From: Octopus bimaculoides
Lineage: Eukaryota
Direction of reading: 5' to 3'
DNA: 63,666 nucleotides
NCBI RefSeq assembly: GCF_001194135.2
Contig: NC_068981.1
Span: 152,772,627-152,836,292, forward strand
This document shows, piece after piece, positions 63,623-63,666 of the stretch. The position numbers and the translations under genes are program-made. Each line of letters starts with the position of its first letter. Positions within the stretch are counted from its first letter, which is position 1. The notes below the pieces were generated by a model, which did not search any database, was not told the DNA's origin, and worked only from the letters and a program-made list of their open reading frames with translations.

Positions 63623-63666
<44 letters not shown>

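Overview
Eukaryotic, AT-rich, microsatellite-laden draft-assembly DNA with many N gaps. It is almost certainly from a coleoid cephalopod, most likely an octopus (inferred from the reflectin genes and repeat content). The only confident protein-coding genes are two reflectins with uninterrupted coding sequences, in convergent (tail-to-tail) orientation about 16.4 kb apart: 3591-4625 (+, 344 aa) and 21067-22164 (-, 365 aa). The rest is a dense mix of mobile-element remains: at least four tRNA-derived SINE families, CR1-like, RTE-like and RLE-type LINE fragments, Penelope-like GIY-YIG remnants, Tc1/mariner relics, MITEs and Helentron-type non-autonomous elements. Almost all other ORFs in the supplied track are microsatellite, N-gap or antisense artefacts. 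I see no new multi-gene system. The best leads are: (i) one-directional loss of Tyr/Arg/His in the + strand reflectin; (ii) a 162-bp motif-plus-linker duplication and motif reshuffling; (iii) a splice acceptor exactly 19 nt before the ATG in both paralogues, implying unseen non-coding first exons; (iv) a SINE and a LINE that share a 3' tail; (v) orphan spliced-looking exon pairs. All alignments and counts were done by eye; no database search was run.
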